In this document: positions 53,974 through 63,534 of the stretch, piece after piece | Layout of the letters: each line of letters starts with the position of its first letter | How positions within the stretch are numbered: the first letter of the stretch is position 1 | Virus record (IMG/VR): IMGVR_UViG_3300035670_000099 | Coordinates: 1-64,000 of that record | Source: a virus | DNA length: 64,000 nt | Reading direction: 5' to 3' (one strand) | Made by a program: the position numbers and the translations under genes | The notes under the pieces: generated by a model | The model's database searches: none | Told to the model about the DNA's origin: nothing | Seen by the model: the letters and a program-made list of their open reading frames with translations, nothing else

Positions 53974-54609
53974 TTAAGAGTTGGAAAAGCCTATCTTTTT
54001 ATTTGCCCGATTGATTTGACATATCGCTTCCTCTAATTTCTCAGAAGTGCCGTATATGCTATTCCTGTTGTCAAATGTTTGGACATATTTTACAGCAGCA
54101 CGAAATTTGTACTGAAATATTTGCCATGCTTGTTTTGTTCCTGCCGCTCCAAGATTTAAGTTGGCATCACATAAATTCTTGAGTTTTATTGCTTTCTCTC
54201 TAACACCTTCTTCTAAAAGCATTATAGAAGAAATTGGATTGTACGCAAAAATTTCCCACACTAATGCATCATCAATTAATAGATTAATGTATCTTAGCGC
54301 TTTATTACTGTCTTGATAAAATATTTTCCAGACATATTTTATGGCAGTTTCTCCAACAGGAAATGCTTCATAAACTTGTTTAATATCCAAAGCGACACTT
54401 CTAGTTTTTTCGTTGATTGCAAAGACTGATGCAGCAGGAGGAAAATATTCAAAAATCTCCCATACTAATTTGTTTTTTCTCAGCCCCTCGCTGATTATTT
54501 CAGCCTTAATCTTCTCAGAGTCATAAGAGAAGAAATACGGATCTTGTAAATCGATATCTTCCAACAGCTCTTGCAGATTTTTTGTCTTTTCTTTTGTCTT
54601 TCTAGTCAT
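53974..54609 (-). CDS. Hypothetical protein with an internal two-fold repeat
   Basis: LVWEIF.Y.P...A..(V/A)W.IF motif occurs twice. Confidence 0.7.
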   Translation of the reverse strand: MTRKTKEKTKNLQELLEDIDLQDPYFFSYDSEKIKAEIISEGLRKNKLVWEIFEYFPPAASVFAINEKTRSVALDIKQVYEAFPVGETAIKYVWKIFYQDSNKALRYINLLIDDALVWEIFAYNPISSIMLLEEGVREKAIKLKNLCDANLNLGAAGTKQAWQIFQYKFRAAVKYVQTFDNRNSIYGTSEKLEEAICQINRANKKIGFSNS

Positions 54610-54690
54610 GCGTTTATATCCAAAACAATTAGCTAATAATACAGCAAAAAACACATAACGTCAATAGTTTTAGGAATAGTGATATATCTA

Positions 54691-54719
54691 TTGACAAAAT
54701 AGCCAAAATGCTTTACTGT
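54691..54719 (+). promoter_or_regulatory. Sigma70-type promoter for the helicase
   Basis: atcta-TTGACA-N17-TACTGT. Confidence 0.6.
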
Positions 54720-54744
54720 TAGAATGTGTAGCTATTTTCCATTT

Positions 54745-56466
54745 ATGCTAAGAGACTATCAACAGTCAGCAATTAACCGGATATACCAGTTATTCAGAAA
54801 CAACATAACCAGTGTTATGTTGTACGCTCCTACGGGTGCAGGCAAAACGCATATCAGCAGCAAGATTATCGCTGATTGCTTGTCTAAGAACAGGAGAATT
54901 TTATTTTTAGTCCACAGGACTAAGTTAATTGAACAGACAATATCTACTCTGGTTAAAAGCTATGGAGTGAAACTAGAGCAGATAGGCGTTATAGCGCCTA
55001 ATTACAAGTCGGATTATAAATGTCCGGTTCAGATATCCATGGTGCAAACTATCCAAAACAGACAATATCCAGAAGACATCGGATTACTAATTGTGGATGA
55101 AGCCCATACCACTGCTTATTTCAGTGTGTTTGAAAAGTTACTAAATCATTACAGTGGCGGCATTTGGACACAATCTAAATGCTTTGTACTTGGTTTATCT
55201 GCTTCACCATGGAGAACTAAAAAGAGAGAAGGTTTTTGTAGATTCTTCCAAGCGATGGTACGCGCGCCATATCCAGAAGAATTGATTAAGCAAGGACATT
55301 TATGCAGCGCTAGACATTTTGGCTGGGGTGGATTAATTGATTACTCTAAACTCGATGTTGGAGCAGCTGGAGATTTTACCCAAAACAGTTTAGAGGTTGT
55401 TTGTAATAGCGAATATAACAAAGTTATTATAGACAAATTTCTTAAGTTATGCCCCACCAGGAAGACGATAGCTTTCTGTGCTGGTGTTAAACAATCCATA
55501 GATTTATCTGAACAATTCAATAGTGCTGGCATTAAAGCTAGTGTTGTTACCGGTGAAACTCCGGAATTTGTCCGGAAAGACATCTACAATCAATTTAAAC
55601 GTGGAGACATTCAAGTTATTAGTAGCGTATCTGTATTGTGTGAGGGCTTTGATGAGACTAGCTGTAATGCTGCAATTATTGCCCGTCCTACTAAATCTAG
55701 AGCATTATTGGTGCAGATGTGTGGTAGAGCATTAAGATTGCATCCTGATAAACAAGATGCTTATTTATTAGACTTTGGGGATAATTTTAAACGACTTGGA
55801 TTACCTGTCTCTAAATTCCCCACACCATTGTGTCCAACGTTTAAGAAAGCAGAAGAAATGCCAGTTAAAGAATGTCCTAACTGTTCTGCAATACTGCCAA
55901 TTTTTGCTATGATTTGTCCTGATTGTGGACACTTGTTTGTGAAAGAGGAAGAAGAAGACACTCCAGATACTTTGCCTGAGTTTGGAGAGATATTCTCCAA
56001 AGAACAACAAGAACAAATATCTTATCTAAGAGGACAACTACTACGTGCTTACAAAGCTGAAAGAGATATTGGGAGAGTCACGTGGTTGTTCACAGAAAGA
56101 TATAATTTTTTGCCTCCACAGCATTGGTATTTAGACGCTATTTTTAGACGTGGTAGAAATGTCCATCCCACAGTCAGAAAGACAGATGAACAAGCATTAC
56201 TACGTTTCTTTAAGAAGACTAAACCTACTGCCAGTTCTGGTTGGTTAGGAGAACAATTTAGGCGAGAATTTGGCAAAGGATATTATGACTTTGATACAAT
56301 CAACTGGAAAGATGTTTTAGGAGTTCCCGAGCATAGTAATTACAGTTACAAAGACGTAACTGATTTGTATAGACAAAAAATAGTACAAGCCTCTCCAGAA
56401 GATGCTTCGCTCTTAAACTTCTGTCTGGAAGAGGCATTGAAAATATTGAATTCGTCAGCCTATTGA
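54745..56466 (+). CDS. SF2 (DEAH; RadD/YejH-like) DNA helicase with Zn ribbon
   Basis: LRDYQ, APTGAGKT, DEAH, LSASP, LCEGFD, QMCGRALR and CPNC..CPDC. Confidence 0.92.
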   Translation: MLRDYQQSAINRIYQLFRNNITSVMLYAPTGAGKTHISSKIIADCLSKNRRILFLVHRTKLIEQTISTLVKSYGVKLEQIGVIAPNYKSDYKCPVQISMVQTIQNRQYPEDIGLLIVDEAHTTAYFSVFEKLLNHYSGGIWTQSKCFVLGLSASPWRTKKREGFCRFFQAMVRAPYPEELIKQGHLCSARHFGWGGLIDYSKLDVGAAGDFTQNSLEVVCNSEYNKVIIDKFLKLCPTRKTIAFCAGVKQSIDLSEQFNSAGIKASVVTGETPEFVRKDIYNQFKRGDIQVISSVSVLCEGFDETSCNAAIIARPTKSRALLVQMCGRALRLHPDKQDAYLLDFGDNFKRLGLPVSKFPTPLCPTFKKAEEMPVKECPNCSAILPIFAMICPDCGHLFVKEEEEDTPDTLPEFGEIFSKEQQEQISYLRGQLLRAYKAERDIGRVTWLFTERYNFLPPQHWYLDAIFRRGRNVHPTVRKTDEQALLRFFKKTKPTASSGWLGEQFRREFGKGYYDFDTINWKDVLGVPEHSNYSYKDVTDLYRQKIVQASPEDASLLNFCLEEALKILNSSAY

Positions 56467-56467
56467 A

Positions 56468-56632
56468 TTAACATTTCTCCCAAAGTATGTTTGCTTTAAG
56501 CAGATTCACAGCTTGCAATTTACTTAATGCAGTAACAACTACTGTGGGAGGATAACTTGAAAATTGTTTAAGAATCTCGCCGTAATTGCGAGGTTCATTA
56601 CAAAATTTGACTAGCTCTTGTTCTAAATCCAT
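56468..56632 (-). CDS. Small winged-helix-like protein (54 aa, not in ORF track)
   Basis: MDLEQELVKFCNEPRNYGEILKQF...VVTALSKLQAVNLL. Confidence 0.5.
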   Translation of the reverse strand: MDLEQELVKFCNEPRNYGEILKQFSSYPPTVVVTALSKLQAVNLLKANILWEKC

Positions 56633-56706
56633 AACAATGGTAAAAATGGTACTCTAAAATTATACTATAATCCATTGACATGTCAAATTTAAAATTTATT
56701 TAAAGC

Positions 56707-56735
56707 AAAGCCTGTGTTGATTGGCACAGGCTTAA
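56707..56735. terminator. Intrinsic terminator
   Basis: aagcctgtg...cacaggctt after the minus-strand tail-tip operon. Confidence 0.6.
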
Positions 56736-56736
56736 A

Positions 56737-57117
56737 TTATTTAACATCATAGACTAAAAAGTTAGAACTCCATTCCAAAATGGATAGCAACATCTTTTGA
56801 AAAAAAATTATAAATAATGATTTGACTTTTACTACTGACTTAAAGATATTGATTTTAATGTTCCTGATTTCAAAAGTAACTGCATGAGATGCATCATCAA
56901 CTGAAACCAAGACAATTGACTTGATTTTAGATGGTTCAAATTTATCTGTCTGCATGTTATTAGAGCGTAAAAAAGCAATAAATCTAGGATAATGTTCAGT
57001 TATCAATATCCAGATATCGTCTTGACAAGATATAAATAAATCATATCCTTCTTCACTTTGAAAACCTGAGATTGAGCAGTATTCAAGTATTTCTTTGATA
57101 GGATTAAGATTATTCAT
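56737..57117 (-). CDS. Hypothetical protein
   Basis: ATGA-coupled to the gpK-like gene. Confidence 0.55.
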   Translation of the reverse strand: MNNLNPIKEILEYCSISGFQSEEGYDLFISCQDDIWILITEHYPRFIAFLRSNNMQTDKFEPSKIKSIVLVSVDDASHAVTFEIRNIKINIFKSVVKVKSLFIIFFQKMLLSILEWSSNFLVYDVK

Positions 57118-57884
57118 TCAAAACTCCTGTGTCTGCATATATATCGTGTTGCATGTTTCCAGTAAGTGCCACCATAAACAAACAATTCGCTAGTTCTTTC
57201 ACCTCCTAGATTATGTAAACCAGTGTTATTGTCATCAATTATTATGCTTACATGGTGAGGCTGTATGTTATTTAAACTCATAACAATGACATCATTTTTT
57301 TGATGTAATTCTCCAAATTCTAACTTACGGAAATTAGCTTTTTGGAAATTCTCTTCTATCAAATTCCAAGAAGAAGATGTTGTTTCTTGCAAAGAAAACC
57401 CACGGGGAAAATCAGGTAAAGATATATCTAACATTCCTTTATAATAAGCTCTAAGCAAGCTAAAGCAGTCAGTCCTATTGTAAACAAATGGCCACTTTAA
57501 ATAATAGTTGACTTCTTTGGGAGAACCGTCAATAAACAAAGGAAATGGATTAGCTAAATTTGCTGGATCAAACAAGTCCCAGGATTCAAAAGCAGAATGG
57601 TACAGAATATATTTTATCTTACTGGATTTTGCATTACAAATATCTGGCGGGCTTAGATATTCGCTTTGTTCTGTCTTCCAGTGAGTGTGGTAAACACCTT
57701 GGATGTCATTGTATCCAACTATTAAATCTAGTTCGTCCGGTTCAATAACAAATGCTTCATGCTTGTTCTCAGCAGCATTTGTACATCTATACGGCACGTC
57801 TTCCACAATGACACCGCAAACTTCTTGCTCTGGAAACTCCTTCGCGTGTTCAATTATATGCTCTTTTATATAAGCAGATATCAT
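57114..57884 (-). CDS. Tail tip assembly protein K-like (JAB/MPN plus NlpC/P60)
   Basis: PEQEVCGVI, YHTH...LSPPD, DCFSLLRAYY, PHHVSI and GLH. Confidence 0.9.
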   Translation of the reverse strand: MISAYIKEHIIEHAKEFPEQEVCGVIVEDVPYRCTNAAENKHEAFVIEPDELDLIVGYNDIQGVYHTHWKTEQSEYLSPPDICNAKSSKIKYILYHSAFESWDLFDPANLANPFPLFIDGSPKEVNYYLKWPFVYNRTDCFSLLRAYYKGMLDISLPDFPRGFSLQETTSSSWNLIEENFQKANFRKLEFGELHQKNDVIVMSLNNIQPHHVSIIIDDNNTGLHNLGGERTSELFVYGGTYWKHATRYICRHRSFE

Positions 57885-58255
57885 ACTCTTGGTGGGTAAA
57901 CTTTAGAAATTATGCTGGCGTTAGATCTTACTTGAGTACTTGTTATTTTAGTAGAGATTGTGTATTGATTTTCTCCAACTGTGGTTACAGTCCATTCATC
58001 ACAAACACACTCTTTAAGATCTTCACCGGTGGGACTCCACTCAAAAGAAGATAAAGAGTACTGTCGTAAATCAGCTAAAATAACATCTAATTCAGGCTTG
58101 CTATACACTGGACTGCGCACATCCCATTCACAATATGGTGATATGCCCTGCGTTAAAATTTGGCTGTAATTATCCCCTAATCTTGTTTTAATAGTTGGGA
58201 TAATTGTGTTTTTAGATAACTGCCACAATGGCGATAATTCCAGCACTAAGCTCAT
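57881..58255 (-). CDS. Minor tail protein M-like (distal tail), paralog 1
   Basis: TRLGDNYSQ...GI and FEWSP...CVCDEW. Confidence 0.7.
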   Translation of the reverse strand: MSLVLELSPLWQLSKNTIIPTIKTRLGDNYSQILTQGISPYCEWDVRSPVYSKPELDVILADLRQYSLSSFEWSPTGEDLKECVCDEWTVTTVGENQYTISTKITSTQVRSNASIISKVYPPRV

Positions 58256-58767
58256 AAGACAAAATATCCGATTGTGTAATTAAACGCAGAAGCAGCACTT
58301 GAGACAATATTCAAAGCAGTGTTAGCTGTTAGCTTAAATTCTCTATTTGCTGCAAGACTTATATCTTTGACAGAACCTTGAGAGGACAAATAAAAGCGAA
58401 TTCTGTCTGTAGATCCATCTCGAATAGTAATAGTCTGAGCGGTAGTACCTTCTAATTCAACTCTAATGAAAGACACATAAATACTTACTCCCGCTCCTGG
58501 CGCTGCTATTGCTGCTGTAGTAGTAGCAGTACTTGCAGTACCAGTTACAAATAGCATTGTTGGCGATACATTAGTTTTTGCTAGTAATCTTTTTGCTAAA
58601 GAGATTAAACTTGCTGATGCAGTGTCTGATGTAGCAGCAGTGTCACCTTTGTCTCCAATAGCTGTTGACTCAAATTGCATCACATCTGGATCATTGGCAG
58701 TCCCAGATCCTGAAGTTGTAGCTCTTTCCCGTTGTTGCCCGGCTCCGTCGATATATTTAACTGGCAT
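58252..58767 (-). CDS. Small virion structural protein
   Basis: Thr/Ala-rich; ASLISLAKRL and IAAPGAG.SIYV motifs. Confidence 0.55.
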   Translation of the reverse strand: MPVKYIDGAGQQRERATTSGSGTANDPDVMQFESTAIGDKGDTAATSDTASASLISLAKRLLAKTNVSPTMLFVTGTASTATTTAAIAAPGAGVSIYVSFIRVELEGTTAQTITIRDGSTDRIRFYLSSQGSVKDISLAANREFKLTANTALNIVSSAASAFNYTIGYFVL

Positions 58768-58768
58768 A

Positions 58769-59242
58769 TTAAAAATCTAAAGCAATGAATGAGTTTATTT
58801 TAGCACTTAACTTTAAGCTGTACGTTGTGTAATCCACAATAATAAATGACTCAGCCCAATCAGATGGATTTGTGTTGCTAAAAAATGTTGCCTTGACTCT
58901 TGCATAATAAGTAGCTTTGGGCATATTTGAAAACGTGGCAAATGTCTCTATTGTGTTTTGAGTCATTTCCCATGCTCCTGTCAATCCTTTCTTAATCTCT
59001 ACAACATATCCAATTGTCCATGGAGAATTTTGCAAAGAACCATTAATTGTCTGTTGAGGTGGAAGCCAAGAAACATAAATATCAAAAAAGTTTGCTCCTT
59101 CCGTGATTGGAATACCATCAGCTGATAGTTTACCAATTGGATTAGTTGATACTGTAACTTCTCTTGGAACTACATTAACGTTGGGAGCATTAGAAGACAC
59201 TCGTTGAGGCAACGAATCAAAAGCCCATTGTACTGGTGTCAT
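58769..59242 (-). CDS. Fibronectin-III-like C-terminal part of tail tip protein J, encoded as a separate gene
   Basis: VSWLPP...GYVVE...W...YYARVKA...SDW; ATGA-coupled to J. Confidence 0.6.
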   Translation of the reverse strand: MTPVQWAFDSLPQRVSSNAPNVNVVPREVTVSTNPIGKLSADGIPITEGANFFDIYVSWLPPQQTINGSLQNSPWTIGYVVEIKKGLTGAWEMTQNTIETFATFSNMPKATYYARVKATFFSNTNPSDWAESFIIVDYTTYSLKLSAKINSFIALDF

Positions 59243-61173
59243 ATTGTTGACATACTATCAATAAAACTATATTTAGTACTATCATATTCTGATGCAGTAA
59301 TTTCATGCATACCTTCAATCGTTTCTGAAACAGGCACTCTATTTATTACTCGATATTGTTTAGGAACAACAGAATTGCCGGATAATATCCAGTTAGATTC
59401 AGGTGGCGGTGCTGCACTAAAAGCAGAAGTTACTGTGACAACTGAAGTTGTATTAGCAGTGTTTTCTATTGTTTCTTGTTGCCAAGTACCATCACTCAAA
59501 GTAACACTAATTTGGTATGTTTGCCCTGCCACTAACGTCACTGGACTATCTAGATTAATTGTGGTTGTAGTAGCTGAAACAATCAATCCTCCAGCACGCA
59601 TTTCTAATCGTTCAGAGTCAGATATAGTAATAATATCTCCTGGCTTTATAAAAGCTGCATAAGCCCTAGCTTTAAATGTTACTGTCTCTTGTTCTAATCT
59701 ATCAGAAATTAAAGCTGCTACTCCTGCTCGTCTTGCTTGTCCTCTGCTAGTACATGCAATAGCTTCTAATTCTAGTTCTTTAATTCCCCATTTTTGTATA
59801 GCAATTGGATCTTCTACCATCTCAACTGTTTTGCGGTAAAAATCAGCTGGATTTAGCCAACTTACTAATGCTACAGTTTTTTTGGATTTTAGCCCAACTC
59901 TGCTATATATAAAAACTCCATCTTCAACATCCGCTTGCGTAAATTGGTATTTTATAGCATCTGGTTTATCTGCAATAAATGTTATCGTTCCAGCCTGCCA
60001 ATAAGCAAATCCTCTAAATATTGTTATCAAAGATTCCAGTACTTGGTATGCTTCTGTTTTGGCTTGTAAGACAATATTACATTGAAATCTTGGCTCATAA
60101 ATTGGGCTACCATTTGTGCTATATCCGCTTGGAACTAATTCATTACAGTATTTACTAATCTCGTATAATCCCCATTTATCTATTTGTTTAGTATCAATAT
60201 ACTTGCCAAGTCCATATCTAGTATTTGTAATTAAATCATATAAAATCCATGCTGGATCTGAAACAGCTACGTTTGGTGTTTGAAAAACTCCATTCCAAAC
60301 GCCATCATAGACAATACGTCTATTCAATCCATCTATTATGGCATTACTTGGAACTTGTACTAATCTCCCAAATACTTCAAATAAGACATTTGGAACTGAG
60401 CTAAACCCAGATGTATCAAACGAAAAAGCTGCTAAAGCTGTATTTGGATAATTTAATTTTTTGTTTGTAATTTTTGCGTAAGAAACAAACGACATATTGC
60501 GTTGGTATCCAGCCTTTTCGGTTTCTGCATTATCTAAAGTAAGTTTGATAACTTTAATAGATAAATTACCCAACCCAGTAACTGGAGGAAATCTAAATCT
60601 ATAATCAAATTCTGTTGGGCTTGAATAACGCCCAGAAACTACATTGTAATAAGTAAATAATGTTTCATAAGCATTATTTACTTCTCGTTGTATAATAATT
60701 TGAAATTCTATATTAGTTGTTTCAATATTACCATTATCTGGATTCTGTCTTTGCATTTGAAAAGACAATTTTACTTTAACTTCATCAGGAATACCACCTT
60801 GAATTTGTTGAGTAACACCAAGATTATTTCCTTCTCCATTCCATTCTACTGCTGAATTTACAGATATTTCGTTTGAAATAGTATCTCCAAATCCAAATAA
60901 TTCAATTGGTGATTGAATTTGGGTTCCTGCACGATAATCGAATTGAACATTCTTGAAATTATCACTATTATCTTCATTTTTGACTGGAGTTTCATCCAGA
61001 TAAACTCTAGTCAATGGATTTGTTCCAAAACCTTGTATTGGGCCTTCTGATATTGCTCCTAAAATGTAAGCAACTGAAGTACTGGTTCCTGTTATTCTAG
61101 CAACATTAGGAGTTCCTCTTCCTCCTTTACCGCCGCCACTTCCTTGGATTTTTTTATGTTTTTTGTGTTTCAT
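59239..61173 (-). CDS. Tail tip / host-specificity protein J-like (N-terminal core)
   Basis: ISEGPIQG, YPNTA, DPAWILYDLITNTRYGLG, EPRFQCN, CTSRGQARRAG and PGDII. Confidence 0.92.
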   Translation of the reverse strand: MKHKKHKKIQGSGGGKGGRGTPNVARITGTSTSVAYILGAISEGPIQGFGTNPLTRVYLDETPVKNEDNSDNFKNVQFDYRAGTQIQSPIELFGFGDTISNEISVNSAVEWNGEGNNLGVTQQIQGGIPDEVKVKLSFQMQRQNPDNGNIETTNIEFQIIIQREVNNAYETLFTYYNVVSGRYSSPTEFDYRFRFPPVTGLGNLSIKVIKLTLDNAETEKAGYQRNMSFVSYAKITNKKLNYPNTALAAFSFDTSGFSSVPNVLFEVFGRLVQVPSNAIIDGLNRRIVYDGVWNGVFQTPNVAVSDPAWILYDLITNTRYGLGKYIDTKQIDKWGLYEISKYCNELVPSGYSTNGSPIYEPRFQCNIVLQAKTEAYQVLESLITIFRGFAYWQAGTITFIADKPDAIKYQFTQADVEDGVFIYSRVGLKSKKTVALVSWLNPADFYRKTVEMVEDPIAIQKWGIKELELEAIACTSRGQARRAGVAALISDRLEQETVTFKARAYAAFIKPGDIITISDSERLEMRAGGLIVSATTTTINLDSPVTLVAGQTYQISVTLSDGTWQQETIENTANTTSVVTVTSAFSAAPPPESNWILSGNSVVPKQYRVINRVPVSETIEGMHEITASEYDSTKYSFIDSMSTI

Positions 61174-61175
61174 GG

Positions 61176-62198
61176 TTAAGAACCACCATGCTCATATTCT
61201 ACATACGAAACTTTCCAATGTATTTCTACTTTTTGGGAATAATCGTAATTTTGAGATAATCCAGATGTCACTGCTCTAACACGAATTGTCCAAGGGTTGA
61301 CATTTGTATTGACAAGAGAAGAACTGCACACAGCACTACCAAGCCCATCGTCATAAACGCAATTATATGGAGTTAAAGATACATCCTCTGTCAAAAATCC
61401 TTGTGAGTTAAAAATTAATTTATTTCCAGATATAATAAAACGAGAATTATAAGTATCTCCATCCCCTTGCACTAAAGAGAAAGTAACAGGAGAGTTATTT
61501 GGATCTCCCAAGAATTGAAGAGTAGCAAGTTCACTATTTGCTTGGTATAAATTAGGATCAAATGAAGCTTGATCTCCTAATAAAGTTTGACTTTGAAATC
61601 TTATCTGAAGTGGATTACCACTAATTGAACTATCTACTCTACTTGAAATAACATACATACCTGTTTGTATTCTCCCATACACAATAGGCATTCTACCGCC
61701 TTCTTGTGTGTTGTTAGGCAATCCTCCTATTGATTTACTCGTTGGCTCCTCTTCCGGCTTGGCTGGCTTAAATAAAGAGCTAATACCAGCAAGTAGTAAA
61801 ATACTTCCTAATAAAATTGTGGTGCTAGATTTAAGAATATGTGATCCCCAAATTGGAATTCCACCTGGAACCCAAATAGCTAAAGCAAACATTGCAGCAG
61901 CGCCGAGCCACATCCACCAATTGTCTCCACTGCCAGCAAGCACAGGGACAATTCTAATGTTACGTACTTTCTTAGATATTGGGCAGCTAAGCTTGTCAAT
62001 TTTATCGTTAGTTATGTTTTCATGTCCAACAACTATGCGATATCTTACGCCGCGATTTTCAGCATCTTGTAAATAACTTAAAAAATTGCTAAAATTAGCT
62101 TTTAAAGCACGAAGTACTTCAGCAACTGATTCTACTGCTAAATCAAGTTTGCTTGTAAATAAATCGCCTAATTCACCTTCTAGGAAGACAGAGATCAT
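61176..62198 (-). CDS. Tail assembly protein I-like with C-terminal cadherin-like extension
   Basis: LEGELG.LF...SVAEVLRAL, IRIVPVLAGSG, TM-like segment, GGRMPIVYGR; then FSLVQGDGDT.NSRF.ISGNKL. Confidence 0.85.
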   Translation of the reverse strand: MISVFLEGELGDLFTSKLDLAVESVAEVLRALKANFSNFLSYLQDAENRGVRYRIVVGHENITNDKIDKLSCPISKKVRNIRIVPVLAGSGDNWWMWLGAAAMFALAIWVPGGIPIWGSHILKSSTTILLGSILLLAGISSLFKPAKPEEEPTSKSIGGLPNNTQEGGRMPIVYGRIQTGMYVISSRVDSSISGNPLQIRFQSQTLLGDQASFDPNLYQANSELATLQFLGDPNNSPVTFSLVQGDGDTYNSRFIISGNKLIFNSQGFLTEDVSLTPYNCVYDDGLGSAVCSSSLVNTNVNPWTIRVRAVTSGLSQNYDYSQKVEIHWKVSYVEYEHGGS

Positions 62199-62526
62199 GA
62201 GTTATCCTATTATTCCTTTGGTTCCAAATTGGGACAGCACAAAGTCAGAGCAATCAAATATTATTGTAACTAAATACCAGCCTAACACAATTGAGGCAAG
62301 ATCATCAAGAACTAAAATCAATACCACAAATGTTACTTTCTCCGTGTCTGTTAATATAACTAATGGAACTGCTGTAGACACATTCTTGAGAGAACGTAAT
62401 GGCAAAGCATTTAGAGTGGAAAATGACACTATGCTTTACTCTTGTACAGAATGGACTATACAAGCATTGGGAGAAGGTGTTGATTTATTCTCAGCTACAT
62501 TTGAACAAGTTAGGAGATTTTTATGA
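62197..62526 (+). CDS. Minor tail protein M-like, paralog 2
   Basis: VDTFLRERNGKAF...YSCTEW...FSATFEQV; start at ATG 62197. Confidence 0.8.
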   Translation: MSYPIIPLVPNWDSTKSEQSNIIVTKYQPNTIEARSSRTKINTTNVTFSVSVNITNGTAVDTFLRERNGKAFRVENDTMLYSCTEWTIQALGEGVDLFSATFEQVRRFL

Positions 62527-63254
62527 TTCCAAATTTATTAAGTTTAAATCCAGATTCATTTATAGAATTATATGAGATATATAAATACAGAGTGGAAGAT
62601 ATAAATAAAGATGAAGCTGCACAAAATCCTAACGTGCCATCAACGATGATTGAAACAATTAGGATTGGTAGTATAGCCATGGATGAAAACACACCATGGG
62701 TTGTCTTTGAAGGCAAAACTTATTATGCAGTTGGATGTCAAGGAGAAGGATTTGATTTAATTGGACGTGGTACTATTCCTACTCCAACATTAACTGTATC
62801 TAACGTTGGTGGTATTTTGACTAAATGGCTAAAAGACAGTAGAGATCCAGCATACAGACTGGAAGGTACTCACGTCAAAAGACATGTGACTCAAAAAAGA
62901 TTTTTAGATGGACAAGTAGATGCTAATGCTGGGGTAAAAGAACTGCCAATACAAATTTATGTTATTGAACAGCTAGTAGAAGAGAACTATACTAACGCAA
63001 AATTCAGACTCGGATCTGCCTTTGACGTTGAGGGAATAACATTGCCAGCTAGAGTAATGGTGCGTAGCTGCACTTGGGTATATCGTAGTCCAGAATGCAG
63101 TTACGCTAATCCTGCAAAATTTACAATAAATAATGAGCCAACCCAAAATGCAAGTGAAGATTTCTGTGCAAAAACTATTGCAGCTTGTGAAACAAGATTT
63201 GGTGCAGGCAGTATATTACCATTTGGTGGATTCCCAGGATTAAATACTTACTAA
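62523..63254 (+). CDS. Minor tail protein L-like
   Basis: FIELYE, PTPTLTVSNV.G, KRFLD, LPAR...CTWVYRSPECSY, CAK....C..RFG and LPFGGFPG. Confidence 0.92.
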   Translation: MIPNLLSLNPDSFIELYEIYKYRVEDINKDEAAQNPNVPSTMIETIRIGSIAMDENTPWVVFEGKTYYAVGCQGEGFDLIGRGTIPTPTLTVSNVGGILTKWLKDSRDPAYRLEGTHVKRHVTQKRFLDGQVDANAGVKELPIQIYVIEQLVEENYTNAKFRLGSAFDVEGITLPARVMVRSCTWVYRSPECSYANPAKFTINNEPTQNASEDFCAKTIAACETRFGAGSILPFGGFPGLNTY

Positions 63255-63439
63255 ACCTCGGATTCGTTGCGTTTTAATTTCATGTATATCTTTATCTTGT
63301 TCCGTAGTTCTAGCTCCTGTATTAATCCACTAACAACTAATCTATTTACGATTGAACTGATAGATTCTTCTGTTTCTTGATGGATTGATTGTAAAACAGC
63401 AAAAACATCAGTTGATACAGACACGGAAACTTGTTTCAT
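63251..63439 (-). CDS. Ribbon-helix-helix (CopG/Arc-like) protein
   Basis: MKQVSVSVS.DVF..L..I......SISSIVN.LV. Confidence 0.6.
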   Translation of the reverse strand: MKQVSVSVSTDVFAVLQSIHQETEESISSIVNRLVVSGLIQELELRNKIKIYMKLKRNESEV

Positions 63440-63469
63440 ATTACCTCTCATTGCTTACTAAATTAACTA

Positions 63470-63518
63470 TACATTATGTATAATGTACATAGCAAAAAAG
63501 TCCGACTTTAGTCGGACT
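63470..63518. promoter_or_regulatory. Two palindromic operator candidates between divergent regulators
   Basis: TACATTAT-gt-ATAATGTA (63470-63487) and AGTCCGACT-tt-AGTCGGACT (63499-63518). Confidence 0.6.
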
Positions 63519-63534
63519 AAAGGAGGTAACATAC

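Noticed and set aside
62086-62196. N-terminal extension of the plus-strand gpM ORF from TTG 62086
   Set aside because: It lies antisense within gene I, and gpM similarity begins at ATG 62197.
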